Below are positions 1 to 9,498 of a stretch of 44,245 nt of DNA, piece after piece. This DNA comes from Desulfobulbus propionicus. GTDB taxonomy: Bacteria; Desulfobacterota; Dissulfuribacteria; Dissulfuribacterales; DYOW01. Where the stretch lies: NCBI GenBank assembly GCA_020720325.1, contig DYOW01000006.1:1-44245 (forward strand). The letters run 5' to 3'. The position numbers and the translations under genes were made by a program. Each line of letters begins with the position of its first letter. The stretch's first letter is position 1. The notes beneath the pieces were generated by a model. The model was not told the origin of the DNA. It worked only from the letters and a program-made list of their open reading frames with translations, and made no database searches.

Positions 1-614
1 TCAGACAAAATCCCCTCTATTTCAAAAAATTTTTCAACATAATATTTTGCTTCTAACTCTCTGTTTTTATAGGCTATAAAGTCAATTTCTGCGTTTTTTG
101 ACGCTTTTTCATCAATTATAGTATCGCCAACATAAATGGTTTCTGAGATATTAACATCCTTTTCCCTGGTTATCTTTAATAAACCTTCCGGGTCTGGTTT
201 TGGTTTTGATACATCAAGGGCAGTGACAAAGGTGTCAAACCATCTTTTTAATTCATACATCTCAATTAAAATTGGCATTGTGTCAGTTCTGTTTGTGCAT
301 ATTGCCTTTTGGATTTTTCCGTTAAGATTATCAAGGGTTTTAATTACATAATCCTCAAAATAAAGAAATTTTGTGTAGTTTATATATTTTATTTCCTTTG
401 CCTTTTTTCTTGCAAAATTAATCTTTTCAACATCTCCCTTAAAAAGATAGTTTAAGGCATTGTCAACGGTCTGGCTGTGAGCGTAATCCAGCTCATCACT
501 GGTTAATTCCCGGTTTTCAAAGAAATTAAGCACATCATTATAATATTTTCTGTTTGCTTCCTTTGAATTAAGGATAACACCGTCAAGGTCAAAAATAATA
601 AGTTTATATCTCAT
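1..614 (-). CDS. HAD-family hydrolase (phosphoglycolate phosphatase-like), 3' end runs off the window
   Basis: Manual translation from ATG at 614: MRYKLIIFDLDGVILNSKEAN (motif I DxDG), later CTNR, KPKPDPEG and YVGDTIID motifs. No stop before position 1, so absent from the ORF track. Confidence 0.88.
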   Translation of the reverse strand, partial: MRYKLIIFDLDGVILNSKEANRKYYNDVLNFFENRELTSDELDYAHSQTVDNALNYLFKGDVEKINFARKKAKEIKYINYTKFLYFEDYVIKTLDNLNGKIQKAICTNRTDTMPILIEMYELKRWFDTFVTALDVSKPKPDPEGLLKITREKDVNISETIYVGDTIIDEKASKNAEIDFIAYKNRELEAKYYVEKFFEIEGILS

Positions 615-729
615 TTAATAAGCCTGTTTTTAAAAATTTTATGGTATAATGCTTTTATTGCAAAATCCCTGAAAGGGATTGAAACTGGTTTTTAATTTTA
701 ATAATTTCTGAATAATCAATCAGACTTTA

Positions 730-935
730 CTTTGTTTATTAATAAATCTATTAAGTTCATGTTAACATATTGTTAATAACTTTTAATTTAAAAAAAAATT
801 ATAATTTATTAAATTATTTTAACAAGAACTATTAATAAAAAAAATAAATATTTCAATAATATATAAAATTATTAACAAACTTGACAGGTATTATATTTAT
901 TATTTATATATTTAAATAAATTTAAAATTAATTAT
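730..935. other. Candidate replication origin (oriC) / AT-rich unwinding region upstream of dnaN
   Basis: DnaA-box-like TTATTAACA at 869-877 (+) and 771-779 (-), a tandem degenerate box AACTTGACA at 878-886, GG, then TAT-rich triplets 889-909 and an AT-only run up to the dnaN RBS. Confidence 0.5.
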
Positions 936-948
936 AAGGAGTTAATCA

Positions 949-2094
949 ATGATTGATATCAATGTGGTGAAAAGCGATATTTTGCCATGTTTGGCTAATC
1001 TACAGGGCATAATAGAAAAAAAGTCTGCTATGGATTTATTGCAGAATATATTTATTTATACCCAGGATGAAAAATTTTGTTTTGAGGCGACTGACCTTGA
1101 AATTACCTATAAAGCCTCAATGCCTTGTAAAATAAATAAAGAGGGAGCTTTGACAGTTAACGGAAAACTTTTTTATAATCTTTTAAGGTCGCTTAATTTT
1201 GATGATATAAATATTTTAGAAGAGGAAAATTATAAAATAAAGATATTATCAGGGGATAAAAAGAATAATTATAAAATATCAGGGCTTGATCATGAAAATT
1301 TTCCAAAATTAAAACATATTGACACAACTGAAACATTTGATATTGATTCTTCTGTCTTTATTCAGATGATAGAAAAAGTTTTTGCAACTATCTCCACAGA
1401 CGCAACAAAAATTGCTCTCTCAGGCGTTTTATTTGCAAAAGAGACTATTGAAGATGAAACAGGAGAAAAAAAAGAGATGATAAGGCTTGTAAGCTCTGAC
1501 GGGCACAGGTTAAATCAGATTGAACAATATATTGATATGACAGACATGCCTGATTTTGAAATAATAATTCCCAAAAAAGGAATTAATGAAATAAGAAAGA
1601 TAATAGAAAAAAAAGAAAAATTTAAGTTTGGTTTTAAAGAAAAGGAATGTTTTGTCACAACAGATGGTTCTTTTTTATTAATAAGGCTTATAACTGAAAA
1701 ATATCCAAAATATAAACAGATAATCCCAAAGGAATTTAAGGATAAAATAATTATTGACAGACAGGGTCTTATCAATGTGCTTAACAGGATATCAATTGTT
1801 TCTTCCGCAGGAGGAAGTGAGGGATTTAAGTTAAAGATTATAGATAACGGAATAGAGATAAGTTCCATAGAAAATCAGATTGGTGAGATTTCAGAGGAGC
1901 TGGAAGCACAGTTTTCAGAGCAAAATTTTATAATAGGATTAAATGAAGGTTATTTGTTAAACCTGTTAAATCTTATGAAATCAGAAAAAATATTTATGAT
2001 GATAAATCATAAAGATTCCCCTTGTATGGTTATGGGTGATAATGACAAGGGATTTTTTGGTTTAGTTATGCCATTTTCCATAGAAGAGGAATAA
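949..2094 (+). CDS. dnaN: DNA polymerase III beta sliding clamp
   Basis: 381 aa; ATDLE, SSDGHRL, IIPKK, YPKYKQIIP and C-terminal GLVMP motifs; AGGAG RBS. Confidence 0.96.
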   Translation: MIDINVVKSDILPCLANLQGIIEKKSAMDLLQNIFIYTQDEKFCFEATDLEITYKASMPCKINKEGALTVNGKLFYNLLRSLNFDDINILEEENYKIKILSGDKKNNYKISGLDHENFPKLKHIDTTETFDIDSSVFIQMIEKVFATISTDATKIALSGVLFAKETIEDETGEKKEMIRLVSSDGHRLNQIEQYIDMTDMPDFEIIIPKKGINEIRKIIEKKEKFKFGFKEKECFVTTDGSFLLIRLITEKYPKYKQIIPKEFKDKIIIDRQGLINVLNRISIVSSAGGSEGFKLKIIDNGIEISSIENQIGEISEELEAQFSEQNFIIGLNEGYLLNLLNLMKSEKIFMMINHKDSPCMVMGDNDKGFFGLVMPFSIEEE

Positions 2095-2109
2095 TAAAAG
2101 AGGAATAAA

Positions 2110-4494
2110 ATGTCAGAAGATTATAAAGCAGAAAGTATAAAGGTTCTTTCAGGTCTTGACGCGGTTAGAATGAGACCTGCCATGTATATTGGAAATACAG
2201 GCATAGAAGGTTTCCATCACCTTGCATATGAAATTATAGACAACAGCATTGACGAGGCGCTGGCTGGTTTTTGCAATAAAATAATTGTCATATTAAATGA
2301 TGACAACAGCATAACCATTGAAGATAACGGAAGGGGTATTCCTGTTGAAATGCATCCAACCGAAAATATCCCGACCCTCGAGGTGGTTTTGACCAAACTT
2401 CATGCAGGTGGAAAATTTGATAATTACACCTATAAGGTTTCAGGCGGTCTTCATGGCGTTGGCATATCTGTTGTAAATGCCCTGTCTGATATACTTGATG
2501 TTGAGGTTTACAGAAATAATAGAATATATTTTCAAAAATATTCAAAGGGATATCCCATAACAGAGCTTAAGGAAATGGGTAAAACCAATAAAAACGGAAC
2601 AAAAGTCACCTTTAAGCCTGATAATGAGATTTTTAAGGAAACAAGCGAATTTAATTATGATATTCTCCATGCAAGATTAAGGGAACTCGCATTTTTAAAT
2701 CCATTTCTTACAATAGAGCTGATAGATTCTTTTAATGATAAAAAAGAGGAATTTAAGTATGAAGGAGGTCTTATATCTTTTGTTGAGTCATTAAATTCCA
2801 ATAAAGAGCTTGTCACTGAAAATGTTATCAGCATTTCAGGCGAAAATAATGACACTGTGATTGATGTGGCGTTTCAGTATAATAGCGGTTATTCGGAAAA
2901 AATTTTGAGTTTTGTTAATAATATCAGGACAAGGGAAGGCGGAACCCATGAGGTTGGTTTCAGACAGGCGCTTACCAAATGTATAAATAAGTATATTTCC
3001 GATGATATTGTCCCCAAAAATATGAAGGAAAAAATTGAGGGCGATGATGTAAGAGAAGGGCTGACCGTTGTTTTATCAGTAAAAATACCAAATCCCCAGT
3101 TTGAAGGTCAGACAAAGACAAAACTTGGCAATAATGAGGTAAGATATTCTGTTTTTTCCTTTGTAAGCGAAAAATTATCCAGATTTCTTGAGGAAAATCC
3201 CTCTGTTTCAAAGAAAATATTATTAAAAATCGTTGAAACCGCAAGGGCAAGGGAGGCTGCGAGAAAGGCAAGGGATTTAACAAGAAAATCCGGAGCCATG
3301 GATTTTTCAATGGCAGGAAAACTTGCGGATTGTCAGGAAAAAAACCCTAAAAAAAGAGAAATTTTCATTGTTGAGGGTGATTCTGCTGGGGGCAGCGCCA
3401 AACAGGGAAGGGACAGGAAATTTCAGGCGATACTGCCACTTCGCGGAAAAATTATGAATGTTGAAAAGGCAAGGCTTGATAAAATTCTTTCAAGCGATGA
3501 AATAAAACATATAATATCAGCCCTTGGAGCTGGAATCGGACTTGATGGTTTTGATATTGCCCAGTTAAAGTATCATAAAATAGTGATTATGAGCGATGCT
3601 GACGTTGACGGCTCGCATATAAGGACATTAATCCTGACATTTTTTTACAGGCAGATGTTTCCGCTTCTCGATGAGGGCATGTTATATATAGCCCAGCCCC
3701 CTTTATACAGGATAGCCTTTGGGAAAAATGAGGTTTATATGAAAAATGACCATGAATTAAACCTCTTTCTCCTTGACAGGATTATAAAGGACTTAAAAAT
3801 TAAATTTGAAGATTCTGAAGAAAGTTTTTTTGGAGATAAATTAAAAGAAGTTCTCTCTTCTTTATTCAATTTGAATGATAATCTTGATTTATTTGAAAAG
3901 AGAAATATAAATAAAGAATTATTGTTATTTTTAATGCAAAAAGAGATATTTTCGTCAAAAATATTTGAAGACACTTTTTTTATTGAATCTTTTATTTTAG
4001 AAATTCAAGACATAGGATTTAAGGTTTCAAATATTAAAAAGGAAAATGACTTAATTTTTGAAATCACAATAAAGCCCAAAGATATTGTTTCATCCAAAAT
4101 AATCTTAAATCCTGATTTTATCAAACAAAATGACTATAAACAGCTTGTTAAGTTTTATAAAACAATAAAACCATATTTAAATAAGAAATTATCTGTTATC
4201 AGGGAAAATCAGATTGCAAAAGAATATAGCAATCTGTTTGAAGTTGCGAAAATCCTTAAACAGGAGGCGCAGAAAGGCATATCAATACAGAGATACAAAG
4301 GTCTTGGCGAGATGAACCCAGAGCAGTTGTGGAAAACCACAATGGATCCTGAAAGCAGGACTCTTTTGAAGGTCACATTAAATGACGCTGAAGAGGCTGA
4401 AAAAATGTTCACTGTATTAATGGGTGAAAAGATTGAGCCAAGAAAGGATTTTATCTATAGTCATGCCTTAGAGGTCAAAGAGCTTGATATATAA
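2110..4494 (+). CDS. gyrB: DNA gyrase subunit B (long form with TOPRIM insertion)
   Basis: LDAVRMRPAMYIG, EIIDNSIDE, GGLHGVG, VEGDSAGG, PLRGK, DADVDG and RYKGLGEMNPEQLW motifs. Confidence 0.98.
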   Translation: MSEDYKAESIKVLSGLDAVRMRPAMYIGNTGIEGFHHLAYEIIDNSIDEALAGFCNKIIVILNDDNSITIEDNGRGIPVEMHPTENIPTLEVVLTKLHAGGKFDNYTYKVSGGLHGVGISVVNALSDILDVEVYRNNRIYFQKYSKGYPITELKEMGKTNKNGTKVTFKPDNEIFKETSEFNYDILHARLRELAFLNPFLTIELIDSFNDKKEEFKYEGGLISFVESLNSNKELVTENVISISGENNDTVIDVAFQYNSGYSEKILSFVNNIRTREGGTHEVGFRQALTKCINKYISDDIVPKNMKEKIEGDDVREGLTVVLSVKIPNPQFEGQTKTKLGNNEVRYSVFSFVSEKLSRFLEENPSVSKKILLKIVETARAREAARKARDLTRKSGAMDFSMAGKLADCQEKNPKKREIFIVEGDSAGGSAKQGRDRKFQAILPLRGKIMNVEKARLDKILSSDEIKHIISALGAGIGLDGFDIAQLKYHKIVIMSDADVDGSHIRTLILTFFYRQMFPLLDEGMLYIAQPPLYRIAFGKNEVYMKNDHELNLFLLDRIIKDLKIKFEDSEESFFGDKLKEVLSSLFNLNDNLDLFEKRNINKELLLFLMQKEIFSSKIFEDTFFIESFILEIQDIGFKVSNIKKENDLIFEITIKPKDIVSSKIILNPDFIKQNDYKQLVKFYKTIKPYLNKKLSVIRENQIAKEYSNLFEVAKILKQEAQKGISIQRYKGLGEMNPEQLWKTTMDPESRTLLKVTLNDAEEAEKMFTVLMGEKIEPRKDFIYSHALEVKELDI

Positions 4495-4523
4495 TAATTA
4501 TAAATATTTTTAGTGGTTTTTTT

Positions 4524-4727
4524 ATGGAATGTAAAAAAGAACAAAATCTTAAGAATTGCAAATGCACATATGAATCATGCAATAGAAAAGGCATTTGCTG
4601 TGAATGTATTTCCTATCACTTAAAATCCAGACAGCTTCCCGGATGCTGCTTTCCTAAAGATGCTGAAGCCACATATGACAGGAGTTTTGAATATTTTGCA
4701 AGGCTTGTGACAGAAAAAAAGGTCTGA
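4524..4727 (+). CDS. Small Cys-rich protein (DUF6485-like)
   Basis: 67 aa with CKCTYESCNRKGICCECISYH...LPGCCF...TYDRS pattern typical of this family. Confidence 0.75.
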   Translation: MECKKEQNLKNCKCTYESCNRKGICCECISYHLKSRQLPGCCFPKDAEATYDRSFEYFARLVTEKKV

Positions 4728-4750
4728 TTTTTTTTTATAAAGAGGAAAAA

Positions 4751-4846
4751 ATGATACCATCAAACATTAAAACAAAACTTTATTTAATCTCAAAAAAAAC
4801 CGGAAAAAAGCCAGGATATCATATAGTAAAGGCATTAAAATATTAA
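4751..4846 (+). pseudogene. 31-codon ORF resembling a degenerate ribbon-helix-helix (CopG/RelB-type) antitoxin fragment
   Basis: AGAGG RBS then MIPSNIKTKLYLISKKTGKKPGYHIVKALKY*; resembles the RHH pattern LPxxIxxRLxxLAKKTGRxKxYY. Confidence 0.35.
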
Positions 4847-4887
4847 AAATAGGTCATAGAAAAAATATTTATAAATAATTAAGATTA

Positions 4888-7800
4888 ATGAAAAAAAAAT
4901 TTTCTTTTAATACCCTTCGTGATAAGATAAGCATAATAATATCCTTAAACTTCCTTATTATATTTATAATATTTGCCTTTACAAATTATTTTTTATTTGA
5001 AAAATCAATAAAAAATACCATCTCTGAAAAACAATTTGAAACAATTTCTCTTTTATCCAATGATATAGAAGCAAGGCTTTTGTTGATTCATAACTCAGTC
5101 ATCGCAAGTTCCAAAACAGTCACTAAAGAAATAATATCTGATTCTGAAAAAGCCCAGAAATTTCTTGATAGTATGATAGGCTTGCATTCCATATTTGATA
5201 ATCATATTTTTTTAATTAATTCGCAGGGAAAAATAATAGCTGAATCTCCTTTTATAGGCAATGAAAGAAGGGGATTAGATATTTCGTTCAGAGAATATGT
5301 GAAAAAAACCCTTGAAACCAAAAAGCCATATATATCAGACCCTTATATAACCACCCAGGCTCACAAATCGCCTGTTATAATGCTTACAGCGCCTGTTTTT
5401 GATGAAAATGGAAAAATTATTGCAATATTATCCGGTTCTATGAATCTGTTGGGTAAAAATGCCCTTGCCAATATTAAAAATGAAAAAATTGGCATGAACG
5501 GTTATATGTATCTTATAAATACAGACAGAATTCTTGTTATTCATCCTGAAAAGGAAAGAATTTTTACATATATAAAAAAAGGTGGCAATAAACTTCTTGA
5601 CAGGGCAATTGATGAGGGTTTTCAAGGCACTGATAAAACAATAAACACTTTAGGACTTCCATTTTTAACATCTTATAAGAGATTTAATATAAAACCCAAC
5701 TGGATACTTGCGGCAGATTATCCAATAAAAGAAGCATATCAACCTATTGAAAACTTAAAAATTTTGTTGGTTTCCATCACTTTTCTACTAATTTTTTTTA
5801 TGTTTTTAATAACCCCTAAATTAATAAACTGGTTGTTGTCAAAGCTTTTAATCTTTACAAATCATGTTGCGACTGTAAATGAAAAAAAAGGAAATGACAG
5901 ACTATTTAATGTGACAGGAGCTGATGAGGTTGACACCCTTGCGACCGCCTTTAATTCAATGATTATAGAACTGGATAATCGCTTTACAGAAATAAAAGAA
6001 CGAGAGGAACAGTTTGAGTTTATTTCCACATTTGCCTCTGACATGATCTACTGGATAAAACCTGATAACACTATTTTTTATATATCCCCCAGTTGTTTTA
6101 ATATCACAGGTTACACCACCAAAGAATTTTATGATAATCCCCAGCTTATTAATGATATCATACATCATGATGATAAAGAATATTGGTTATCCTATGAACA
6201 CGGCAAAGAAGATGCCTTTGAAATAAGGATTTTGACAAAAGATAATAAAATAAAATGGGTGTCTCATATTTGCAGGGAAATTTATGATGGAAACGAGAAT
6301 TTTCTTGGCATAAGGGGAAGCAACAGGGATGTTACAAAAAACAAAACACTTGAGCTTTCCATAAAAGAGCAGGCAAAAATATTGCAAGAACTCATTGATT
6401 TAATGCCCTCCATTGTCTGCCTTAAAGATGAAGAAGGAAAATGGTTGTTGGCAAATAAGGCAATTCAGGAACTTTTTCACTTAATAAATGTTGACTATAA
6501 GGGTAAAAAGGACTCGGAACTCGCGCCATTTACCCTTTCTATATATAAAGATGCGTTTATTGCCTGTGAAAAAACTGATGAAATGACATGGAAAGCCGGC
6601 GCTGTTCAGAGAAATATTGAAATAATACCAGTTCCCGGCGCAGAGCCAAGGCAAATCGATGTGATAAAACTTCCATTGTTTAATGAAGACGGCTCAAGAA
6701 AAGGGCTTCTTATTGTTGGAATTGATATGACAGACACTTTGTTAATGCAGGAGCGTTTGAATCAGGCGCAAAAAATGGAGGCAATTGGTCAGCTTGCTGG
6801 TGGTGTCGCCCATGATTTCAATAATATATTGATGATTTTACAGGGTTATTCAGAGATTTTAGATATGAAATTAAGACATCCTGATCCTTTGAGAAAATAT
6901 GTTGAAAATATGCAGACAGCGATAAACCGTGGTTCAAGAGTTGTAAAACAGCTTATGACATTTAGCAGGAAACAATCCCTTAGGATTGAAACTTTTGACC
7001 TTAATATAATGCTTAAAGAAGTTTTGCCTCTTTTAAATAAGGCGATAAGAGAAGATATAAATCTTGAGATAAAACCAAACATTGAACCCATAAAAATAAA
7101 TGCGGACAGGGGACAGTTGGAACAGGTTCTTATAAATCTTGTTGCAAATTCAAGAGATGCCATGCCGCAGGGTGGAAAGATAAAGATTATATTAAATAAG
7201 ATTAATGTGACCCAGTCATATATAAAAAGACATGGTGAGATTAAACCAGGAAAATACGCCCAGATTTTTGTTTCAGATACAGGAAGCGGCATGGATAAAA
7301 AGGTGATTGAGCATGTTTTTGAGCCTTTTTTTACAACAAAGGAGTTTGGAAAAGGCACGGGTCTGGGATTATCCATAGTTCACGGAATAATTTGTCAGCA
7401 TAATGGTTTTATAAATATTTACAGTGAAATTGGCGTTGGGACTATCTTTAAGATTTACTTGCCGTTATTTGGGGAAGAGGGAGATTTAACCAAAGAAGAT
7501 AAAAAAGATATTCTTTATTTAAAAGGCGCGGAAACAATACTTTATGCAGAAGACGATGAACTTGTGAGGGATGCCTTAACTGCTATCCTTGAAGAATCAG
7601 GCTATAAAATTATTGAGGCAAAAGATGGGGTTGAGGCGATTGAGCTTTTTAAGCAATTTAAGGACGAGATTGATTTGTTGCTTTTTGATGTGTTAATGCC
7701 CAGAAAAAGTGGAAAAACAGCATATGATGAAATAAAAAAAATATCACCTAAAGTTAAGATTATTTTTATGAGCGGATATAATGAGGAAATTCTCGCTGAT

Positions 7801-7893
7801 GCAGGGAAGCTGGAAGAGGGTTTTGAGCTGATTGAAAAGCCGGTCACAGCAGAAGTTTTATTAAGAAAGATTTACAATATAATAGCCGGATAA
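4888..7893 (+). CDS. Membrane hybrid sensor histidine kinase (Cache-HAMP-PAS-PAS-HisKA-HATPase-REC)
   Basis: Two TM segments around a Cache domain (REYVK...YISDPY), HAMP (DEVDTLATAFNSM), H-box AGGVAHDFNN, FEPFFTTK, GTGLGL, receiver AEDD...DVLMP...SGY...KP. Confidence 0.93.
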   Translation: MKKKFSFNTLRDKISIIISLNFLIIFIIFAFTNYFLFEKSIKNTISEKQFETISLLSNDIEARLLLIHNSVIASSKTVTKEIISDSEKAQKFLDSMIGLHSIFDNHIFLINSQGKIIAESPFIGNERRGLDISFREYVKKTLETKKPYISDPYITTQAHKSPVIMLTAPVFDENGKIIAILSGSMNLLGKNALANIKNEKIGMNGYMYLINTDRILVIHPEKERIFTYIKKGGNKLLDRAIDEGFQGTDKTINTLGLPFLTSYKRFNIKPNWILAADYPIKEAYQPIENLKILLVSITFLLIFFMFLITPKLINWLLSKLLIFTNHVATVNEKKGNDRLFNVTGADEVDTLATAFNSMIIELDNRFTEIKEREEQFEFISTFASDMIYWIKPDNTIFYISPSCFNITGYTTKEFYDNPQLINDIIHHDDKEYWLSYEHGKEDAFEIRILTKDNKIKWVSHICREIYDGNENFLGIRGSNRDVTKNKTLELSIKEQAKILQELIDLMPSIVCLKDEEGKWLLANKAIQELFHLINVDYKGKKDSELAPFTLSIYKDAFIACEKTDEMTWKAGAVQRNIEIIPVPGAEPRQIDVIKLPLFNEDGSRKGLLIVGIDMTDTLLMQERLNQAQKMEAIGQLAGGVAHDFNNILMILQGYSEILDMKLRHPDPLRKYVENMQTAINRGSRVVKQLMTFSRKQSLRIETFDLNIMLKEVLPLLNKAIREDINLEIKPNIEPIKINADRGQLEQVLINLVANSRDAMPQGGKIKIILNKINVTQSYIKRHGEIKPGKYAQIFVSDTGSGMDKKVIEHVFEPFFTTKEFGKGTGLGLSIVHGIICQHNGFINIYSEIGVGTIFKIYLPLFGEEGDLTKEDKKDILYLKGAETILYAEDDELVRDALTAILEESGYKIIEAKDGVEAIELFKQFKDEIDLLLFDVLMPRKSGKTAYDEIKKISPKVKIIFMSGYNEEILADAGKLEEGFELIEKPVTAEVLLRKIYNIIAG

Positions 7894-7913
7894 TTTTTTT
7901 TTTAATACTGACG

Positions 7914-7941
7914 GTAGGGACGGGTCGCTACCAGGCGCTAC
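7914..7941. repeat. GTAG-type REP-like imperfect palindrome between convergent genes (possible terminator)
   Basis: GTAGGGACGGGT-CGCT-ACCAGGCGCTAC; arms match 9/12; GC-rich in an AT-rich context. Confidence 0.45.
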
Positions 7942-8316
7942 TTAAGACAAACTCCGTTGTTTTTTCACTTCATTTATTGAATTATCATTATTTACATAAA
8001 CCAGAACGGCAGAAAAATTTTTTATTTCTTCTTCGGAAAAAAAACCGTATGATGCAATGATAATGATATCTCCTTTTTCCGCAAGCCTTCCCGCGGCGCC
8101 ATTTATGCTTATGGTTCCGGAATTTTCAGGCGCTTCAATAATGTAGGTTTCAAATCTCTGTCCGTTATTCACATTATAGATGGAAACCCGCTCAAATGGC
8201 ATTAAATCAGCCTCTTTTATGAGTTTTTTATCAATTGCAATGCTTCCCTCGTAACTGATGTTTTTATCAGTGACAGTCGCCCGGTGTATTTTTGATTTTA
8301 GCATTATTCGCTGCAT
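7942..8316 (-). CDS. panD: Aspartate 1-decarboxylase
   Basis: MQRIMLKSKIHRATVT, YEG|SI autocleavage site, NGQRFETY, INGAAGR. Confidence 0.97.
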   Translation of the reverse strand: MQRIMLKSKIHRATVTDKNISYEGSIAIDKKLIKEADLMPFERVSIYNVNNGQRFETYIIEAPENSGTISINGAAGRLAEKGDIIIIASYGFFSEEEIKNFSAVLVYVNNDNSINEVKKQRSLS

Positions 8317-9149
8317 AGTTGTGCGTTATCTATTAATCTCGTGTTTCCAAGCCATACCGCAATGGCTATAATTGTGTTATTGTCAATAATATCTGTTTTT
8401 TTAAGGGTAAATTTATTTCCTATAAAAATATAGTCTATCTTAAATTCTTTAAAAACAGAAAGACCTTTTATAATAAAATTTTCAACATTGACAGCCTGTT
8501 TTTCCCCGTTTTTTATAATATTTAAAGCCTGCAGAAGGGTTTTATAAATATTTGGAGCAATGTCAAATCGTTGTTTTTCTGTAAGGTAAGCATTTCTTGA
8601 GCTGAAGGCAAGTCCGTTTTCTTCCCTTATTGTGGGATGACCTATAATTTTTATATCCATATTAAGGTCTGCCACCATCTGCCTTATTATTGCAAGCTGC
8701 TGAAAGTCCTTTTCACCGAATATTGCAAAATCAGGTCTTACTATATTAAAAAGTTTGCAGACAATTGTGGCTACTCCCTTAAAGTGTCCTGGTCTTGAAT
8801 CACCGCATAATCCTTTTTGCAGTTCCATCACCTCAATCCATGTCTGATAATTTTCAGGATATATTTCATTGGAGTCAGGGATAAAAACACAATCTGTTCC
8901 GGCATTTTTTGCTTTTTTTAGGTCGCCTTCCATATCTCTTGGATATTTGTCAAGGTCTTCGCCGGGTCTGAACTGGGAGGGATTAACATAGATGCTTAAA
9001 ACACTTTTGTCAGCGATTTTTTTTGCATGTTCCAAAAGCGTTACATGTCCTATATGTAAAAATCCCATTGTGGGAACAAAGGCGATTGAATTATTTTGAC
9101 GCTCTTTTGACCATTGTTTCATTTCATAAATAGTATTAATGAGTTCCAT
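8304..9149 (-). CDS. panC: Pantoate--beta-alanine ligase
   Basis: FVPTMGFLHIGH, SRPGHF, FGEKDFQQ, SSRN and RLIDN motifs; overlaps panD start. Confidence 0.97.
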   Translation of the reverse strand: MELINTIYEMKQWSKERQNNSIAFVPTMGFLHIGHVTLLEHAKKIADKSVLSIYVNPSQFRPGEDLDKYPRDMEGDLKKAKNAGTDCVFIPDSNEIYPENYQTWIEVMELQKGLCGDSRPGHFKGVATIVCKLFNIVRPDFAIFGEKDFQQLAIIRQMVADLNMDIKIIGHPTIREENGLAFSSRNAYLTEKQRFDIAPNIYKTLLQALNIIKNGEKQAVNVENFIIKGLSVFKEFKIDYIFIGNKFTLKKTDIIDNNTIIAIAVWLGNTRLIDNAQLCSE

Positions 9150-9187
9150 ATATTATTAATATATTATTTTTAAAAATTTTAAATAAG

Positions 9188-9325
9188 TAATCTCTGATTA
9201 AATAAATTTATTTTATAGAAAACACCCCGTCCCTGCGGGACACTCATCTAAAAGAGGGGAATTCTCTTTCTTAGAAGGGGTGGCAGGCGAAGACTGACGG
9301 GGTAGTCATATTTAATCAGAGATTA
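9188..9325. mobile_element. 138-bp MITE-like element with perfect 17-bp terminal inverted repeats and an internal REP-like palindrome
   Basis: TAATCTCTGATTAAATA (9188-9204) is the exact reverse complement of TATTTAATCAGAGATTA (9309-9325); inner inverted pair ACCCCGTC (9224-9231) / GACGGGGT (9296-9303); hairpin GTCCC-TGC-GGGAC. Confidence 0.65.
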
Positions 9326-9498
9326 GATAAAAAATTTTTTTTTCTTTATATTATTGTTTTTTTTGCACAATTAAAATAAGTTATATTATTATAAGTTATA
9401 AATAAAAATATCCTGAGCATGGATGATAAAAACCTTTTAATACAAAGAGAAAAATATCTTATTGCATTAAATAAAACAAGAGAGGCTGTCCTGCAAAT

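Noticed and set aside
136-351. 71-aa + strand ORF from the track
   Set aside because: Antisense shadow of the HAD hydrolase, which has clear motifs on the - strand.
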